Source of the DNA: Batkoa obscura
Lineage: Eukaryota
Length of the DNA: 64,000 nt
NCBI GenBank assembly: GCA_030770535.1
Contig: JASVEC010000013.1
Span: 620,001-684,000 of the forward strand
Reading direction: 5' to 3'
This document shows, piece after piece, positions 44,666-58,496 of the stretch (the first letter of the stretch is position 1; each line of letters opens with the position of its first letter). Position numbers and translations under genes: made by a program. The notes below the pieces were generated by a model. That model was given only the letters and a program-made list of their open reading frames with translations. It was not told the origin of the DNA and did not search any database.

Positions 44666-45672
44666 TTAAAGTTTAGAAGATGGAAGTTTCTTGAAAACGG
44701 CATCTAATTTGGTAGCTAACATCATTTGGCCTTTAACCTTAAGTTTACCAGTCATGAAAGCTTTTTGACCTAAAAACATAATGTTATTATATAATTTAAA
44801 ACTGTAAAAGTTGATTACCAGTTAATTTTCCTTGGCTCATAGAAACAAAGATATCGTCAGTGAGAGATAAAGTGGCATCAGCCTTTGATTTTGCTTTTCC
44901 AGCATAAACGTCTCCACTACCATTCTTAAGGTCAAGAGTCCATGATTGTACTTTATCACTGTTCTTAATATCGATTTGGAATAATCCTTTAATTTGACTG
45001 ACTTGCTTCTTACGTTCAGCTTCTGGTAAGCTTTTTAACCAAGCATCGATTTGTTTAAATACTTGACTTGCTTTAAAGCCTTCAACTTCAACTGAGCCGC
45101 TTGAGGCAGCAGCTGGTTTACTTGCTTCAGTTTTTGGGCTTGCACTGCTTGAGGCACCTTCATTCTTGCGTACTTCAGTGAAAAAGGCATCTTTTGAAAT
45201 ATGAGGTAAAATTTAAAAGTACTATGAATTTTTTTACCTAATTTGGTTGCCAAATTGAGGTTACCCTTAGCCTTAAGCTTACCGGTCATGAAAGCTTTTT
45301 GTCCTTAACAAATAGTCAATAAAATCACATGCATATATAAATTAATTTACCAGTAATTTTACCGGAGGCAAGCTCAACGAATACGTTGTCGTCTAAGGTA
45401 ATAGTAATGTCGGCTTTCTTTGGTTTGCTGGTTGATACGGTACCGTCATTTTTAAAGTCTAAAGTCCAAGTTTGAACTTTACCACCGTTTTTAATATCAA
45501 ATTGGTAAACGCCAGCACTCTTTTTGAAAAGTTATATTTTGAACAAATAAACTAACTTTGCTATTACCTTTTTTAAGAGAGCTTGTTTTTTACTAGCATC
45601 AACGCTCTTTAAGAATTGATCAATTTTTGAGAAATATTCGCTTGCTTTATAACCTTCAACGTTGACAGACAT
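44666..45672 (-). CDS. Tandem SCP2 sterol/lipid-binding protein with PTS1
   Basis: Two repeats WTLDx[16 protein letters not shown]; ends KKLPSSKL*. Confidence 0.88.
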
Positions 45673-46579
45673 GTTTAAAAATGTTTAAAATATTTTCTTT
45701 CTTTTTTCTTTATACTTTTTATGACGTAAAGGGCCTCAAATAATCATGCATTGGGCCTAATTAGTTCAACGTTACATTTGAAAATTTAACAATTGAAATT
45801 GCTACTTTTGAATATTAGTCATTTAAGCTAGGCATATATTATTTTTATAACATTAATTTCAAAAATAACAACCTGGCTGTAAGAATAATTTTTAACGATT
45901 TATGCTAGAAAAAACAGCACTTTGTTTCCAAAATATGTATCAGCAGTTCTACCTGGAAATTTAACCTTTCAAAGTTCTACTTAATTTGTTTTTTAAAACC
46001 TTATCTGAATTCGCATCAATGTTTTAAATAATATCTGAATGTAAAGGTAATAAGATATTTTTTGGAAAGTATTTCTTTTATTTCTTTTCACATAGAAAAG
46101 AGCATTTCACAAAATTTAAACAATTTAAAGCTTAAGATAAAATACTTTCTATATAAATACGAGTAATTGAGATTTTATCTATTATCAACAGAACTAGTTC
46201 ATAGAACCCAAATTGCCTTACATTGATTTTTTGTCAATTTGACTAATACTTTATTCAAACTTCGAGCTTAAAAAGTGAACAGATGGTTTCTTTAAAGCGC
46301 AAAAGGTAAAAATCTGGATGCTTTAACTTATAATAACTAATAAAGATGAGTGGCTACTTAAAATTGAAAACACATCTCCATATATTTGTCATGTTTTGGA
46401 ATAACAAATTGAAATTCTAATGCAATCTTTTTATAGCAATTTGCTATAGCTTGTTCTAAATTTAATCAAGCTTTTAGAGTATTATTCAATCCTTGAATCA
46501 TGAACTTTTATGGGATCCTAACCCAACCTTAAAATATTCAAACTTAAAATTAAAAATAAACTCAGGTTATTCTATAAAA

Positions 46580-47232
46580 ATGTCGGACGCTGAAAGCAAT
46601 AGATACGAAGACGAGTAAATAAAACAAATTACATGTATTATTTTAATCTAATTTTTTGATTTATAGTTATGATAATGAAATCGAAGATGTATTGTTATTA
46701 TTTGTTTGAAAATTTTTAATAACCAAAATAGGATTTTTTAGATGACCTTGATGACGGGCCAAATGATCTCAATGATCAATATAGGCCACATGAATTAAGA
46801 GCAGGAGAAGCTAAAGACCTAAACGCCAAGAAGCCGATTATAAGAGATGTAGCTCAAAGTGAAGCAAGAGAGCCTTTTCTTATTGAGTCAGTGGTTGACG
46901 ACTCCGTTGCTTATTTCACCAAAGGTTTATTAACAGCAGAAGCTAAAGAACAAAAAGAAAGATTAACCACCCCCTATATGACTAAGTATGAAAAAGCACG
47001 TATTATTGGTACTAGAGCTCTTCAATTAAGGTAAACGTTTAGTCAAATGTTAATTTTTTGCTAATTTTTTAGTCTAAATGCTCCAGTATTAGTTGAATTA
47101 CATGGGGAAACTGATGCATATGAAATTGCTTGCAAAGAATTAGAGCAAAGAACTATTCCTTTTGTTGTAAGACGCTATTTACCTGACGGATCTTATGAGG
47201 ATTGGGCAGCTCATGAATTAGCAATTGAATAA
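46580..47232 (+). CDS. RPB6: RNA polymerase I/II/III shared subunit RPABC2
   Basis: [48 protein letters not shown]. Confidence 0.96.
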
Positions 47233-47475
47233 GGTACAATGCTAATATTAATAGAAGAGTTGATGTAATTTATCAATAAGATTAAAATATTTAATGGTTT
47301 TTACTTTACTCATAAATTTATAAACTGGATAGCATAGATTTAAGTGAAATTTATATTGAATTGTAATTGTTTTAATAAAATTTTAGTTAAATAATAGGGT
47401 TTTTGGTGAAGATTACGTTAAAGGGGGTTTAGGAAATATATTATTAAGAAAAAGCAAGAATAGTATCTAATATAT

Positions 47476-47572
47476 AGGGGTATTTTTTTTTGGTTTCATC
47501 ATTGTTTCCATTTTTTAAGTGCTATTTAACTATAGAAGTTGTTAATAAAATTCTTAAACAAAAAATGCATCC
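47476..47572 (+). mobile_element. MITE-A copy 8 (diverged)
   Basis: Family core; ATAT flanks. Confidence 0.78.
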
Positions 47573-47861
47573 ATATATAATAGCTATGTTATAGAAAGCT
47601 AACAAATTAAAGCATATTTTATAAACTTTTTAAACTTAAATGAATAAGAGAATGCCTAAAAAAGTAAAAGCTCACTATATGAGTCTTTGAAACATAATTG
47701 TTATTGATATCTATACTCTTAACCAAAACTATTCTTAATATTTTATTAAAATTATTTGTAGAATTTGCTCAAATTTTGATTAAAACTTAATAAAGAGTCA
47801 TAATAACAATAAGGTATTGCTCATTATAAATTACCATCGACTTTAAAGCATTAAACTAAAT

Positions 47862-49839
47862 TCAATCATTAGACGTAGGTGACTCAATACCCTTCATCCT
47901 AAAATAGTTTAGAGTCTAAAATTTAAATCCTCAATTCCAGTTTACTTTCTGAATTCTGCCAAATGTCGTCGAATGAACTCAGCTTCTTTTTCTGCTTTTA
48001 CAGCTTTAGCCTACTTTATTAGTGTTTAATTTTTAAAATGGAAGTAGAAATACCTTCAATTCTTTCATAATAACCTCTGCATTCTCTGATCGTGTTTTGT
48101 AGATTGCTGATTCTTTTTCTAGAGCCTCACGCTAAAAAATATCTTCAAAAAAGTTCATTGATAAAAACGATAAAAATTTACTCTGGCTTCCAATTCTATA
48201 TTCTTATCATTTGCTGCATTAAGTCGTTCCACATATATTTTATTATCAGCTTCTGATTTATCTTTCTTTTTCTTAATCTAATAATTTTATTAGATTCATT
48301 TTTAAAAATACCTGAATTAATTACTTGAATATATTCTTCTTTTAATTTACTTATTTGCATATTTTGTTGATTATATGTGTTTTCCATTTCCTTTAGTTTG
48401 TTATGATTATCTACAATTGTCGATTTTAATCCTTCTTCTGTCTTTTTTAATTCTTTAATATTTGCCCTTGCTTGTACAAGCTATAAATTGTCAATATGTC
48501 CAAAATAATAAACTTAACATTTTACCTCTTTGAGATCATTCTCGTGAGCTTCTTTCACAGCTTTAAATTTCTCTCTAAGAATTATAAGTTGTAACTCCCT
48601 AGATTCTTTAACCGCCATAACATGTTTATCTCTGAGTGTATAAAATTCCCAAATAGTCTTAATTCTTTTCTTTAATCTATATTAACAAATTAATCAACAA
48701 ATGAATAAGTAAATTGATTGATTGCTATTACTCATTTATGTAAACGGTTGGCGGTATTTTTTTATCTTTTTCTTGTTCTAGTTTTCTTTTAATCTAAAAG
48801 TGAAAACAAAATAAATCTTAGTTTGATTGTGAATCAAATCAATACCTCCTACAAATATATTAATACACAACCTTAAATCAAAGCAATTTAATTTACTAGT
48901 AGCTCCTTATTCTGGTTCTCATATTGTTTAACTAAAACATCAAGTGCAGTTCGTTTTTCCAAGAGGCTGGCAATTTCTGTCTTATCTTCCAGTGTCCTTT
49001 TTTTACATAAATCGTACTTGACCTTTATTTCGTTAAGTTCTGCTTCAAGCTTAGATGCTTCATTTATCTAAACATTTAGTCGTAATTTTATATATTTTAA
49101 AAAGTCTAACCGTTTCTACACAAATTTGGTATATTGCTAAATATTTGTCTTCATAAGTAGGTTGATTTTCAATTATACTATTCAATTCAGACGCTATATG
49201 ACTTATAGTACCAACGAATAACTGATCACTACTGTCATTATCATAGTCTTCTCCTAATAAGTTTTATAAAAAGCTATAAATTTGACTATTTTAGACCAAC
49301 CTTCTCTTGCTACTTCTGTAGCAAATCCTTTCGTTTTAGATAACATTTCATAAAAGAAATGGGCAGTACGCTTTCCTTCCTCTAAAACTGGTAACGGTGT
49401 AAAATTAATATCCTCGTCCCCTTTTTTTCGGTTCTCCTCAATGTCCGCCATTATCTTATCTTTTTTACCTTTAGGTAAATTTCTATTATCCTTTATATAA
49501 TCAAATAGATCGTTTGCCTCAGGGTCAATTGTCATTGCTGCTAAAAGTTCATCGAGCACCGTAGCTGGATCCAATCCATATTTTGCTGTGGTGCTGATTT
49601 TATCTTCCCATTTAAAATTTAATCCAAGTTCTTCGTCTTTAAATTCGTCAATTAAAATGGAAGCGGTAGATTCTTTAACTGGCTTTAAAGCTTCTTTTTG
49701 ATTGCTACTTGAATTGTTGTTTTGATTCTAAAATTAAAGGTAAGAAAATAGAAAAAAGTTAACAATGTAATCTTTTACATTTTAGCTAAATTTCTCATAC
49801 CTTTTGTGGAGCTTGAGCTTTCTTTTTCGCTTTTCCCAT
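47862..49839 (-). CDS. Uncharacterised multi-exon coiled-coil protein
   Basis: Starts MGKAKKKAQAPQ; series of GT-AG exons rich in K/E heptads; ends KGIESPTSND*. Exon structure only partly traced. Confidence 0.65.
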
Positions 49840-50721
49840 TTTGATTTAATTGAAATTGAAAAAATAAAGTTTTTGGTATTTTATTTTGAATACTATTTCA
49901 TTGGAGGTTACAATTTGAAAAAATAACAAATTTATTAGCTAAACTAAGTACAACAATGACTCAAACGTTAGTTTGAGTTTATTATAAAGTTTAATAAAAA
50001 GATGGGTTACCAAACAATATATATAAGCAACTGCTATATTGCTTTTACATTTTATATTGTCTAGAGCTTATTACTGATTCCAATTATACAATAATTTATG
50101 ATTGTTTTTATATCCCCATGTGAAAATTCAATACATGAACTTAACTTTTTTGCTTATTACTTTTTTATTCATTTCTAAACTTTATTCATTATTATCACGA
50201 TTACGTTATTTCTATTTCAGTTGAAATCATAAGTGTTAATTGTATTTATTTAAATCATGTAAATAATACTTTAAAATAAAATAAGCTATTTTTCATATTA
50301 AACAAAAAGTATATAAGGATCCAAAAAAATATTAAAATTACGAAGTTGGAAGTTAAAATGATATTAAATATATTGTATTAGTCGAATTTATTACATACTA
50401 TATACATTCAAAAAATCTAAAATATTATACTTCTTGCTAATATTTATATTTAAAGGTTTATAATTAATAACTGTTATATCCACAATATTATACGCAATAC
50501 TAGTAGGTTTATATTTTGATGCAAATAATTGATTTAGAATGGTTATTGTAATAAGTATTTAATTCACAAACCATTAATATATTGCTTTAATTAAAAACTT
50601 AAGGTTGTTTTATTTTGTATTGAGAATTACAAAACAGAAAGGAACGGAAACATAAGTTTTTATAGTAAAATATATATAATTAAATTAACTGAGCTTTAAG
50701 AAGAATTGATTTTTAGTTGAA

Positions 50722-51900
50722 TTACATATCTTCAGTGGACCAGGCGTGAGCTTCTTGTAATTTGTATTTCTGGGCATTAAATTTCTCGAATAATTTGGTT
50801 TCAAAACCATTAGAGCGATCTAAAATATTAATAAAAATGACAAAATAGAAACAAATCATTTACCTCGGCCATCCCATCTATATCCAGGAGGAATGTTATA
50901 TCTATTTGGTAGTGCTCTCCCTTGGTATTGTGGATATCTTAACTTACTCTTTTTTTTCTATAAAAAATAATTAGGCCATTTTAAAATGAACTTTGTATAA
51001 AATTACTGTTAAAAATTTAGCTGCTGGATCGTTCCAAAGTTCTTTCTGTTTAAGCTCATTGTTGATCTCATCATCATCGGCATATCTAGATTTAAATTAC
51101 AATTTATTCTCAATTTCTTTCAAATTAATTTACCTTGCCATTGGTCCGTCTTTATTCCTTAAAAACTCCTCTTTCCTTCTTTGTGCAAGCTCTTGTTGGA
51201 CCACGCCCTTATTTCTTTCAGTCCTTGCCTTTTCAATCATTTCCTCTTCTTGGCGCTCAGCTTGTAATCTGGCATTTTCTAATTGGATATCTATCTTTTT
51301 TCCTTTAGCGTCACGATAAATAGTTTCTGCATCTCTTCCAATTTCTTCAGGCTTTAATTGCATTAATTTCTTTTTGATCATGATTTCCTGCCTTCTAATA
51401 TCTGCTGCAACCTGTTTACCTGATTGCAATCCAACTCTAGCGCCATTTGTCATACGTTGTTCTAAAAATGATTACTAATTAATTATATTTAAAATAAAAA
51501 TACCAATTCCTTCTTCATCTTGCTCATCTTCGTCTTTTTTATTTGTTTCTACTTCATTTTCTGATTCTAAATCTTCTCCTCGAACTGTTTTCCAACCAGA
51601 ATCTTTTTTATTTTTGAAAATTTTAGGCACTTTTTGTTGAGTAGGTGGTATTATAACAGGATCATCTAAATTTTATTAATATTTAATTAATTCCATTATA
51701 AAATATATACCATCTTCTTGATCATCAATATCTAAGAAACCATCCATATCTTCATCAATGACAGTATCTCTTTTTCTTCTTGAATTCCTTGAACTGTTTT
51801 CATTTGACTTGACCTTCTTTCTTTTTTCTTTTTCTTCGCCTCCAAGATAATTTTTAAGTAAATATTTTTGACGTTTTATTCTCTCATCGTCTGCCTCCAT
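50722..51900 (-). CDS. BUD13: Pre-mRNA splicing factor Bud13/Cwc26
   Basis: KYLLKNYL, MTNGARVGLQ, AETIYRDAKGK, WNDPAA, PNRYNIPPGYRWDG-DRSNGFE, AWSTEDM*. Confidence 0.93.
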
Positions 51901-52944
51901 CTTAACCAAAGATCAAAGCAAATTTTGTTACTCAATCATAAGTAATTTTTTAAACCATTTTCACAAAATGAGAACTATTGGTTTAAAAGAATGAGATTGT
52001 TGCTTAAAAGGTAAATTTTGGCTTAGTCTGTAACTGCAAAATCATAAATTTGGTGCAATACTTTTTAACAAAATGTACATTTGTATTCTAACAGATATTT
52101 TTATTGAATTAATTTACATTAATGGCTTTGGTAAATAATGAAAGAGCTAGCAGCTAATTTATAGCTAAAAAACGGACATTCTGAAGTTCATATGAATTGC
52201 TCATGATAGAACTGCAATTGTTTCAGTAAAAACGCTATATACATCTATAATAAATCCAGATATTAATATTAGCATATAAACTAAAGTAGCACTAAATGCT
52301 ATAATATTTTCATATAAAATATCTTAATTAGAAAGAAAAGTATATATCAACTATATGATATAGCAAAAAATACGGCAGTTAAAGCCTTTATTGTATTAAA
52401 AAGTCAAAAAAAGCTTATAAACATTTTTATTATAAACACTGCGATGCCATTAATTGTAAAGATATCCCTTTGTTAAAATTTGAAAGAGTTTATTAATGAA
52501 ATAACAAGATACTTCTTAACTACTTTTACTTAAAAGACAAATTAAATAATAGTAGCTGAACTAATTATTGTAAAAAAAACAATAAATCAATCAAATAATA
52601 AACACGACAATATATGAAATTATTATAAAAATAATCCCAACAATTTTTATTTTAATTGTAAGCTTGAATTTTTTTAAATTCATATTTTATCAGTTACTTA
52701 GTAATTTGCTTTCAGTTATCTTTAGTTTATTTTATTTTTTGCTATTTGGAATTATAGCACATATTAATAATTGAAGGATGTATTATTCAGCTGCTTATGA
52801 ATTATCATTATATATACTATTAAAAAAAACTTATATAGTATAGATATATTAGTTGACTTATTATTTAATAAGAATGATTCACTATCAATTCATTATCTAT
52901 TTCAGTAGCTCAATTTATTTAGCGTTTCTACTTCAGTAATATAT

Positions 52945-53043
52945 GGGGATGTATTTTTATGTTTAAGAATTTTACTAATAATTTTTCCACTTAAATAGCG
53001 CTTGAAAGATAGAAAAAACAATGAAACCAAAAAAAACATCCTC
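52945..53043 (-). mobile_element. MITE-A copy 9
   Basis: Family core; flanks ATAT/GTAT. Confidence 0.82.
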
Positions 53044-53443
53044 GTATTTAACACCAATAACTCCAGTATGTCTATTAAATATAAAATATCAATGTAAAAT
53101 GATAAAATTTATTAAATGTTTTGTTTTCATAGTTCCACTATTAATTTTTTATCTGTTTTTATTTTAATAATAGTACTAATTGTCTATATAACAATAGTTT
53201 ACCGTAATATTAATAAAAAGGAGTTAAAAAAAAACGCCAATTTAAATATTAAAGGATCTGAAATTGTTTGTTATACTCTTTTCAAGTTGATTCATATTTA
53301 TTGTTGATACATATTATATTTTATGATACAAAAGCAATATAATGGAAGCTAAATGTTTAATTAATTGGTATGTCTTTCGTACTGAGTTTTTCCATATACC
53401 ATGATTGTAATTTTCATAGCACTCTGGGATGTCTTATATATAT

Positions 53444-53542
53444 GGGAGTGTTTTTTTTAGCTTCATTATTTTTTCCATTTTTTAAGCGCTATTTGAGCGG
53501 AAAGATTATTAGTAAAATTCTTAAACAAAAAAATACATCCCC
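53444..53542 (+). mobile_element. MITE-A copy 10
   Basis: Family core; ATAT on both sides. Confidence 0.86.
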
Positions 53543-53620
53543 ATATTATTATAGTAAACATTAATATTGTGATAAAAAATGAACACCTTGGCATTTCCTT
53601 ATTAAAGATAATTTTTCATA

Positions 53621-53840
53621 CAGTATTTTCAACCTATTGAGGTAATAACAAGAGAAGAATTTAAACAACCAGAAGTAAAAAAAATATCGATAGTGATTTC
53701 AAAAAAAGTGAACAAAATTAAAAAAATTTTGTTATAAAATTAGAAATTTTGGTTACTTTTGTTAGAAATTGTTGTCAAAAAATTTTCTTCAGTTTGTTAA
53801 ATTTTTCTCTTGTTGTAGTCATGATAGGTTGAAAATACTG
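53621..53840. mobile_element. MITE-C, Tc1/mariner-type (220 bp)
   Basis: TA-CAGTATTTTCAACCTAT ... ATAGGTTGAAAATACTG-TG; imperfect inverted repeat extends about 45 bp. Confidence 0.7.
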
Positions 53841-55130
53841 TGCCATACTTTTCTTAAAATAAAATCAGTAACTGCTAATTAATTACTAGTGGTTTAGAAC
53901 CATTATATAAAGCCTATTCGACTTAGTAAAAGTAGAAGTTTACTTAGAAATGGGCACTAACTGTTTTAAACCAATTTAGTACCAATATACCTATATATAA
54001 TATTAGCTTATTTAAATCATACTGCACACAGTACATTTAGAAAAGTCGTTAAGGCTCTATTTCTATTTTTTTTATCTTCAAATAAATAAAAAATAAATAT
54101 TATCATGTGGTAATTGTGAATTAACATATTGATGTGGATAAACTCATTAATAGTTCCCAGTTCCTTGGGTGAGGTGTTGTCATATCGCTTATAGAGAGTA
54201 AACCAAGTTATCGGGATAGTAATTAATATCTAATAAAAACTCTTCCTAAAAAGTTGCTATTCCACGATCACCTTTTTAGACTCGTCACCTAGCGCTTTTA
54301 TTAAGCTTTAAGTTTATCCACCTGTCAAAATACTTGGGCTTGAGGTAAGACTTCCGAGAATATAAAAATATTCTATATTCTAACTTGTAAATTATTTTCC
54401 TGTTTGATCCAACTTTATTTGTTTATTGTCTATTTTAAGTATAAGAAACTCAATAAGTCTTAGTTTTTAGTTATAGATAAGATAGGCCATGTTCCTTTAA
54501 AAGTAATATTCGCTATTAGCTAAAAATGTGATGTGATAGAAAAAACACTGGTTCAAATCAACTCACGTTATGTCGGAATAAAATTAGAAAATGTCTAAAT
54601 AGAGCCTATTGTTAAATATGGGTACCAAAACTATAGAACTTTAACTGCAAAGTTTCAATTAAATGTAATAAGCATATCTCTTTAAATTCTACTTAATCAA
54701 TATAAATTAAACTAGTAAGACTTTTTCATTAAATACTAATATCAGTGGTTAATAAAAACTTTAACTGGATTGATGATTTGCTCTAAATACACTATAGTTT
54801 AAAAATTAAATTCCAAAATTCGACTAAAAAATCACAAAATTTATTGAATTTTTATATCGTTACAGTTTATATTCTAGTGCAATAAATTTTATTAAGATAC
54901 AAGTTGATATTTAGTTTAAAGCATTCATGTATAATGGCGATAAAGGCTGATAATCTACCTTTAACTTTAAATTAAAGTAAATAGCTGAATTACTTATAAT
55001 TTATATGGTTCAATTCTAAATATATGATTTAATAATATTTTATTCTTAAAAGCAAAATAATTTTATAGAACAAATACAGGGATAGATTATAGCATCAAAC
55101 ATTGTCAAATCCACCGTGGAAGGGCAAAAG

Positions 55131-55138
55131 TATAAATA
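55131..55138 (+). promoter_or_regulatory. Candidate TATA box of PRXL2 paralog 1
   Basis: TATAAATA 65 nt before the ATG; paralogs have TATAAAG at 58437 and TATAAAA at 59548, about 60 nt before theirs. AT-rich background weakens this. Confidence 0.4.
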
Positions 55139-55195
55139 CCAAGGATAAAGTAATCAAATAGAACTAATAATTCTTTTCTTTTCAAATTAGTCCAA

Positions 55196-55969
55196 ATGAA
55201 CTGTGAAGCCTGCAGATTTGATGATTCTGGATTAGAAAACTATTTATCTAGTACTCATTTTGATTTGGAAAAGGGTATCTATAGTGGGTCAAATTCTAGC
55301 AGATCAACTATTAATGGAAACGTTGGTATCACAATTTTTGATAATATTTTAGTAAAAAATAGGTTCGGTGAAAAGGTTCCAGTAAATGAGTTATGGAAGG
55401 AAAAAACAGTTGTTATTAAAGTACTGAGGCAACTAGGATGCTGTTTATGTAAACAAGAAGCTAAAATGTTATCGGATATGAAACCACTTTTTGATAAACA
55501 TAATGTTACTATGGCAGCAATCGCTTTTGAAGATATTGATTTAGAGGCGTTTTTAGAATCAGGATATTGGGATTGGGATATTTATCTTGATTCAGAAAGG
55601 AATGTGTATAAGGCTGCTGGATTAAACAAAGTATCTGTATTTTATTTATTATCGGCATTAGCCACAAGATCATTTAAAAAATTGTTTGCTTATCTAAAAG
55701 ACAAAGGGATGACTAACAGCATTAAAGGAGGCGATCTTAGACAACTTGGTGGTACTTTTGTAATAAACCTTAATGGAGAGATCCTTTATAGTTTTAGAGC
55801 AAAAAAATTTGGACAATTCCCAAGTGTCAAAGAAATTTATAAGGTGATTGGCGGTGATCCTGATGAGATCAATGAAGACTTCCTTGAAGAATATATTTAC
55901 ACTAGAAAAAGATTGAGCGGCGATTCAAGCATTAGCTCAAGTTCTATCTTATCTGGTGATACATCTTAA
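55196..55969 (+). CDS. Peroxiredoxin-like 2 (AhpC/TSA_2, FAM213/AAED1-like) paralog 1
   Basis: LRQLGCCLCKQEA CxxC motif, YLDSERNVYKAAGL, GGDLRQLGGTFVI. Confidence 0.9.
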   Translation: MNCEACRFDDSGLENYLSSTHFDLEKGIYSGSNSSRSTINGNVGITIFDNILVKNRFGEKVPVNELWKEKTVVIKVLRQLGCCLCKQEAKMLSDMKPLFDKHNVTMAAIAFEDIDLEAFLESGYWDWDIYLDSERNVYKAAGLNKVSVFYLLSALATRSFKKLFAYLKDKGMTNSIKGGDLRQLGGTFVINLNGEILYSFRAKKFGQFPSVKEIYKVIGGDPDEINEDFLEEYIYTRKRLSGDSSISSSSILSGDTS

Positions 55970-56546
55970 ACTTTACTATTTAAAAAAAAGGGTTTGAAAT
56001 CCTATTCTAATTATTTTATCATACTATTACGCCTATTAAATAAATATTTGAAGTGTAAAATTTTTATTTTAATACTTAGATTCGAGTTATATTTATATTA
56101 TAAGTTGCTGTGTTTGATAAAGATGATATTGGAACTGACTTTTGTTTTTAAATAAAATATAATACGAGCTTAGATAGAAGCTAATGTTTATGAAAGCTAG
56201 TTTTTAAACTAAAATATCTTTTTAAATACATATAGCTCAATATATTTTTCAAATATTTTTATATTAATGAAAAAACTGAAACATTAAAATTTTCTATTTA
56301 TTCAATTCAAAATCTATGTTTTTAGGAATTTTAGTTATAACAATATTGATAATGCTTTATATTTTATTTGTTAATATTTGATTTCATTTTCTTAATTTTA
56401 AAATAAAAATAATAATGTTGTACAACGTGGTGATATTAGATTACTTTTGTAGTTGAAAAATCTTTTATTAACTTACTAAATCTATGGTTAATAAAACATG
56501 ACACTAATACATCTATTTCATTTAATTTATTATTGAAAATACATAT

Positions 56547-56647
56547 GGAAGTGTTTTTTTTTTTTGCTTCATTACTTTTTCCATCCTTTAAGCGCTATTT
56601 GAGTGGAAAAATTGGTAGTAAAATTCTTAAACACAAAATACATCCCC
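56547..56647 (+). mobile_element. MITE-A copy 11
   Basis: Family core; flanks ATAT/ACAT. Confidence 0.83.
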
Positions 56648-56998
56648 ACATGTTGATAATTCTGGTTACAATGTAATAATTTAGACGATAAGAAATGTTC
56701 CAAATCTGAATTATTTATCATCTCGCACACAATACATTAAATTCATTAAAGAACGCTATGATAATTTACAATTACGTTCTTAAATTAATAATTCAATTAA
56801 TTTTAAGGTCCTAGATGATGCCTCTTTTAGCTCTAATACTACTTCTATGACGTACAACTGAAATTGATATAAACTCTATTATTTATTATTATAGATTAAT
56901 AAATACTACCATAGATATTCAATTTCTAAAAAAGAATAGTTGACAAGATGTAAAGAAAGAGTGAGAAATAAAAAACTATAAATAATAATAAAATTAAA

Positions 56999-57070
56999 CT
57001 CTCGAGCGGGGAATTGAACCCCGGTCTCCCGCGTGACAGGCGGGGATACTCACCACTATACTACCCGAGA
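56999..57070 (-). tRNA. tRNA-Asp (GTC)
   Basis: TCTCGGG TA GTAT AGTGGTG AGTAT CCCCGC CT GTC AC GCGGG AGAC CGGGG TTCAATT CCCCG CTCGAGA G: canonical 72-nt cloverleaf. Confidence 0.97.
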
Positions 57071-57856
57071 TTAAAATTGAAAGTTAATTAATATATTTAA
57101 ATAATTTTTTTTACCTTTTTTTAAAGCAATATGACTGTAACGTGATTTATTAAATGGTTTCAAAGTTTGATTTATTAGCAATTTTTATTCAAATTTATTT
57201 AGTTATTGAATAAACTTTTCATCAAAAAAATGAATTTAATAGTAATAGTGCAAATATTATATCTTTATAGCAAAGCTTTATTCAACAATTTTTACAATAT
57301 TAAAATAGTATTAATATTCTAAAGTTTACTGTTATAAAGATAAGACTTAATCTTTAAAACTATTATATTTATTATACTTTAATAATGAAATAACTAAACT
57401 TTGAAAGTAATAAAACCATATTTTTAATATTTTCAAGATTAAAACCTTACATACTTTATTCTCAAGTATATTAAAACTATATAAATTATATTATTTGAAC
57501 CGTTATTCTTAAAGATAAAATTTAATAAAATATTAGATTTTTGAAAAAATGAATTATAAATAATAATATTAAAGGTAAATATTAGTTCAATTTACACAAA
57601 AATTTAAAGTTTAAAATAAGTAGTACATATATAAAGTAGATACCAAAAATGATTTATACTATTAATATTCATTAAATAATTAAATGCTAATTATATTAGT
57701 TCGAAATATTCTCTAGTAAAGAATTATCTTAATTCAATGATGTATACCAAGTCAAATAAAATATTGGAAACTAATATAATTGGTAAACTTTAATAGCGAA
57801 TTTATTATACAACTGTAATGACAAGTAAAGTAGATTTTAAAACTCTGTCACTATTT

Positions 57857-57956
57857 GGCGATGTATTTTTTTATTTAAGAATTTTACTAACAATCTTTCC
57901 GCTCAAATAGTGCCTTAAAAAATGGAAAAAGTGATGAAACCAAAAAAAACATCTTC
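57857..57956 (-). mobile_element. MITE-A copy 12
   Basis: Family core; ATTT on both sides. Confidence 0.83.
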
Positions 57957-58496
57957 ATTTATAATTATAAAGTAAATAATGACCAAGGAAGCTTTTTATT
58001 AAATAGTAAAATTAGATAATAAGTCTAAATACCAAATAGAAGTTCGGCCACAATATTGTTAGTAACAGTAGAAATTAAGTGTATATAATTAAGTATGATT
58101 AAATAGTCAATAAAACAATACAATGAACATTTCCATTGATTATCTCATATTGCTTAGAAAATAGTAACAAAAATAGAAAAGTTTATTTGAATTAGATATA
58201 TTTATAAATAGGCTGATAAGAGGAGTAACAATAAATAGATAGTTTACATATGAAATAAAGTTAAATAAAAAGCTTATATAATAAATATAAAAAAACCGTA
58301 ACCAAGTCAAGTGTAAAAAAATTAGTTTAAAATAAGTCTTTATATAGAAGCATAAAATAAGTTATTCGAATTTATGAATCTTTTATTCGATTTTAGTATA
58401 GAACTTTAGATCATTGAGTATGGGGCCAACTCGAGGTATAAAGCATTTTAAAAATTAATTAAATTTGCATTTTTGTTTTTTTTAATATTTTTTTAA

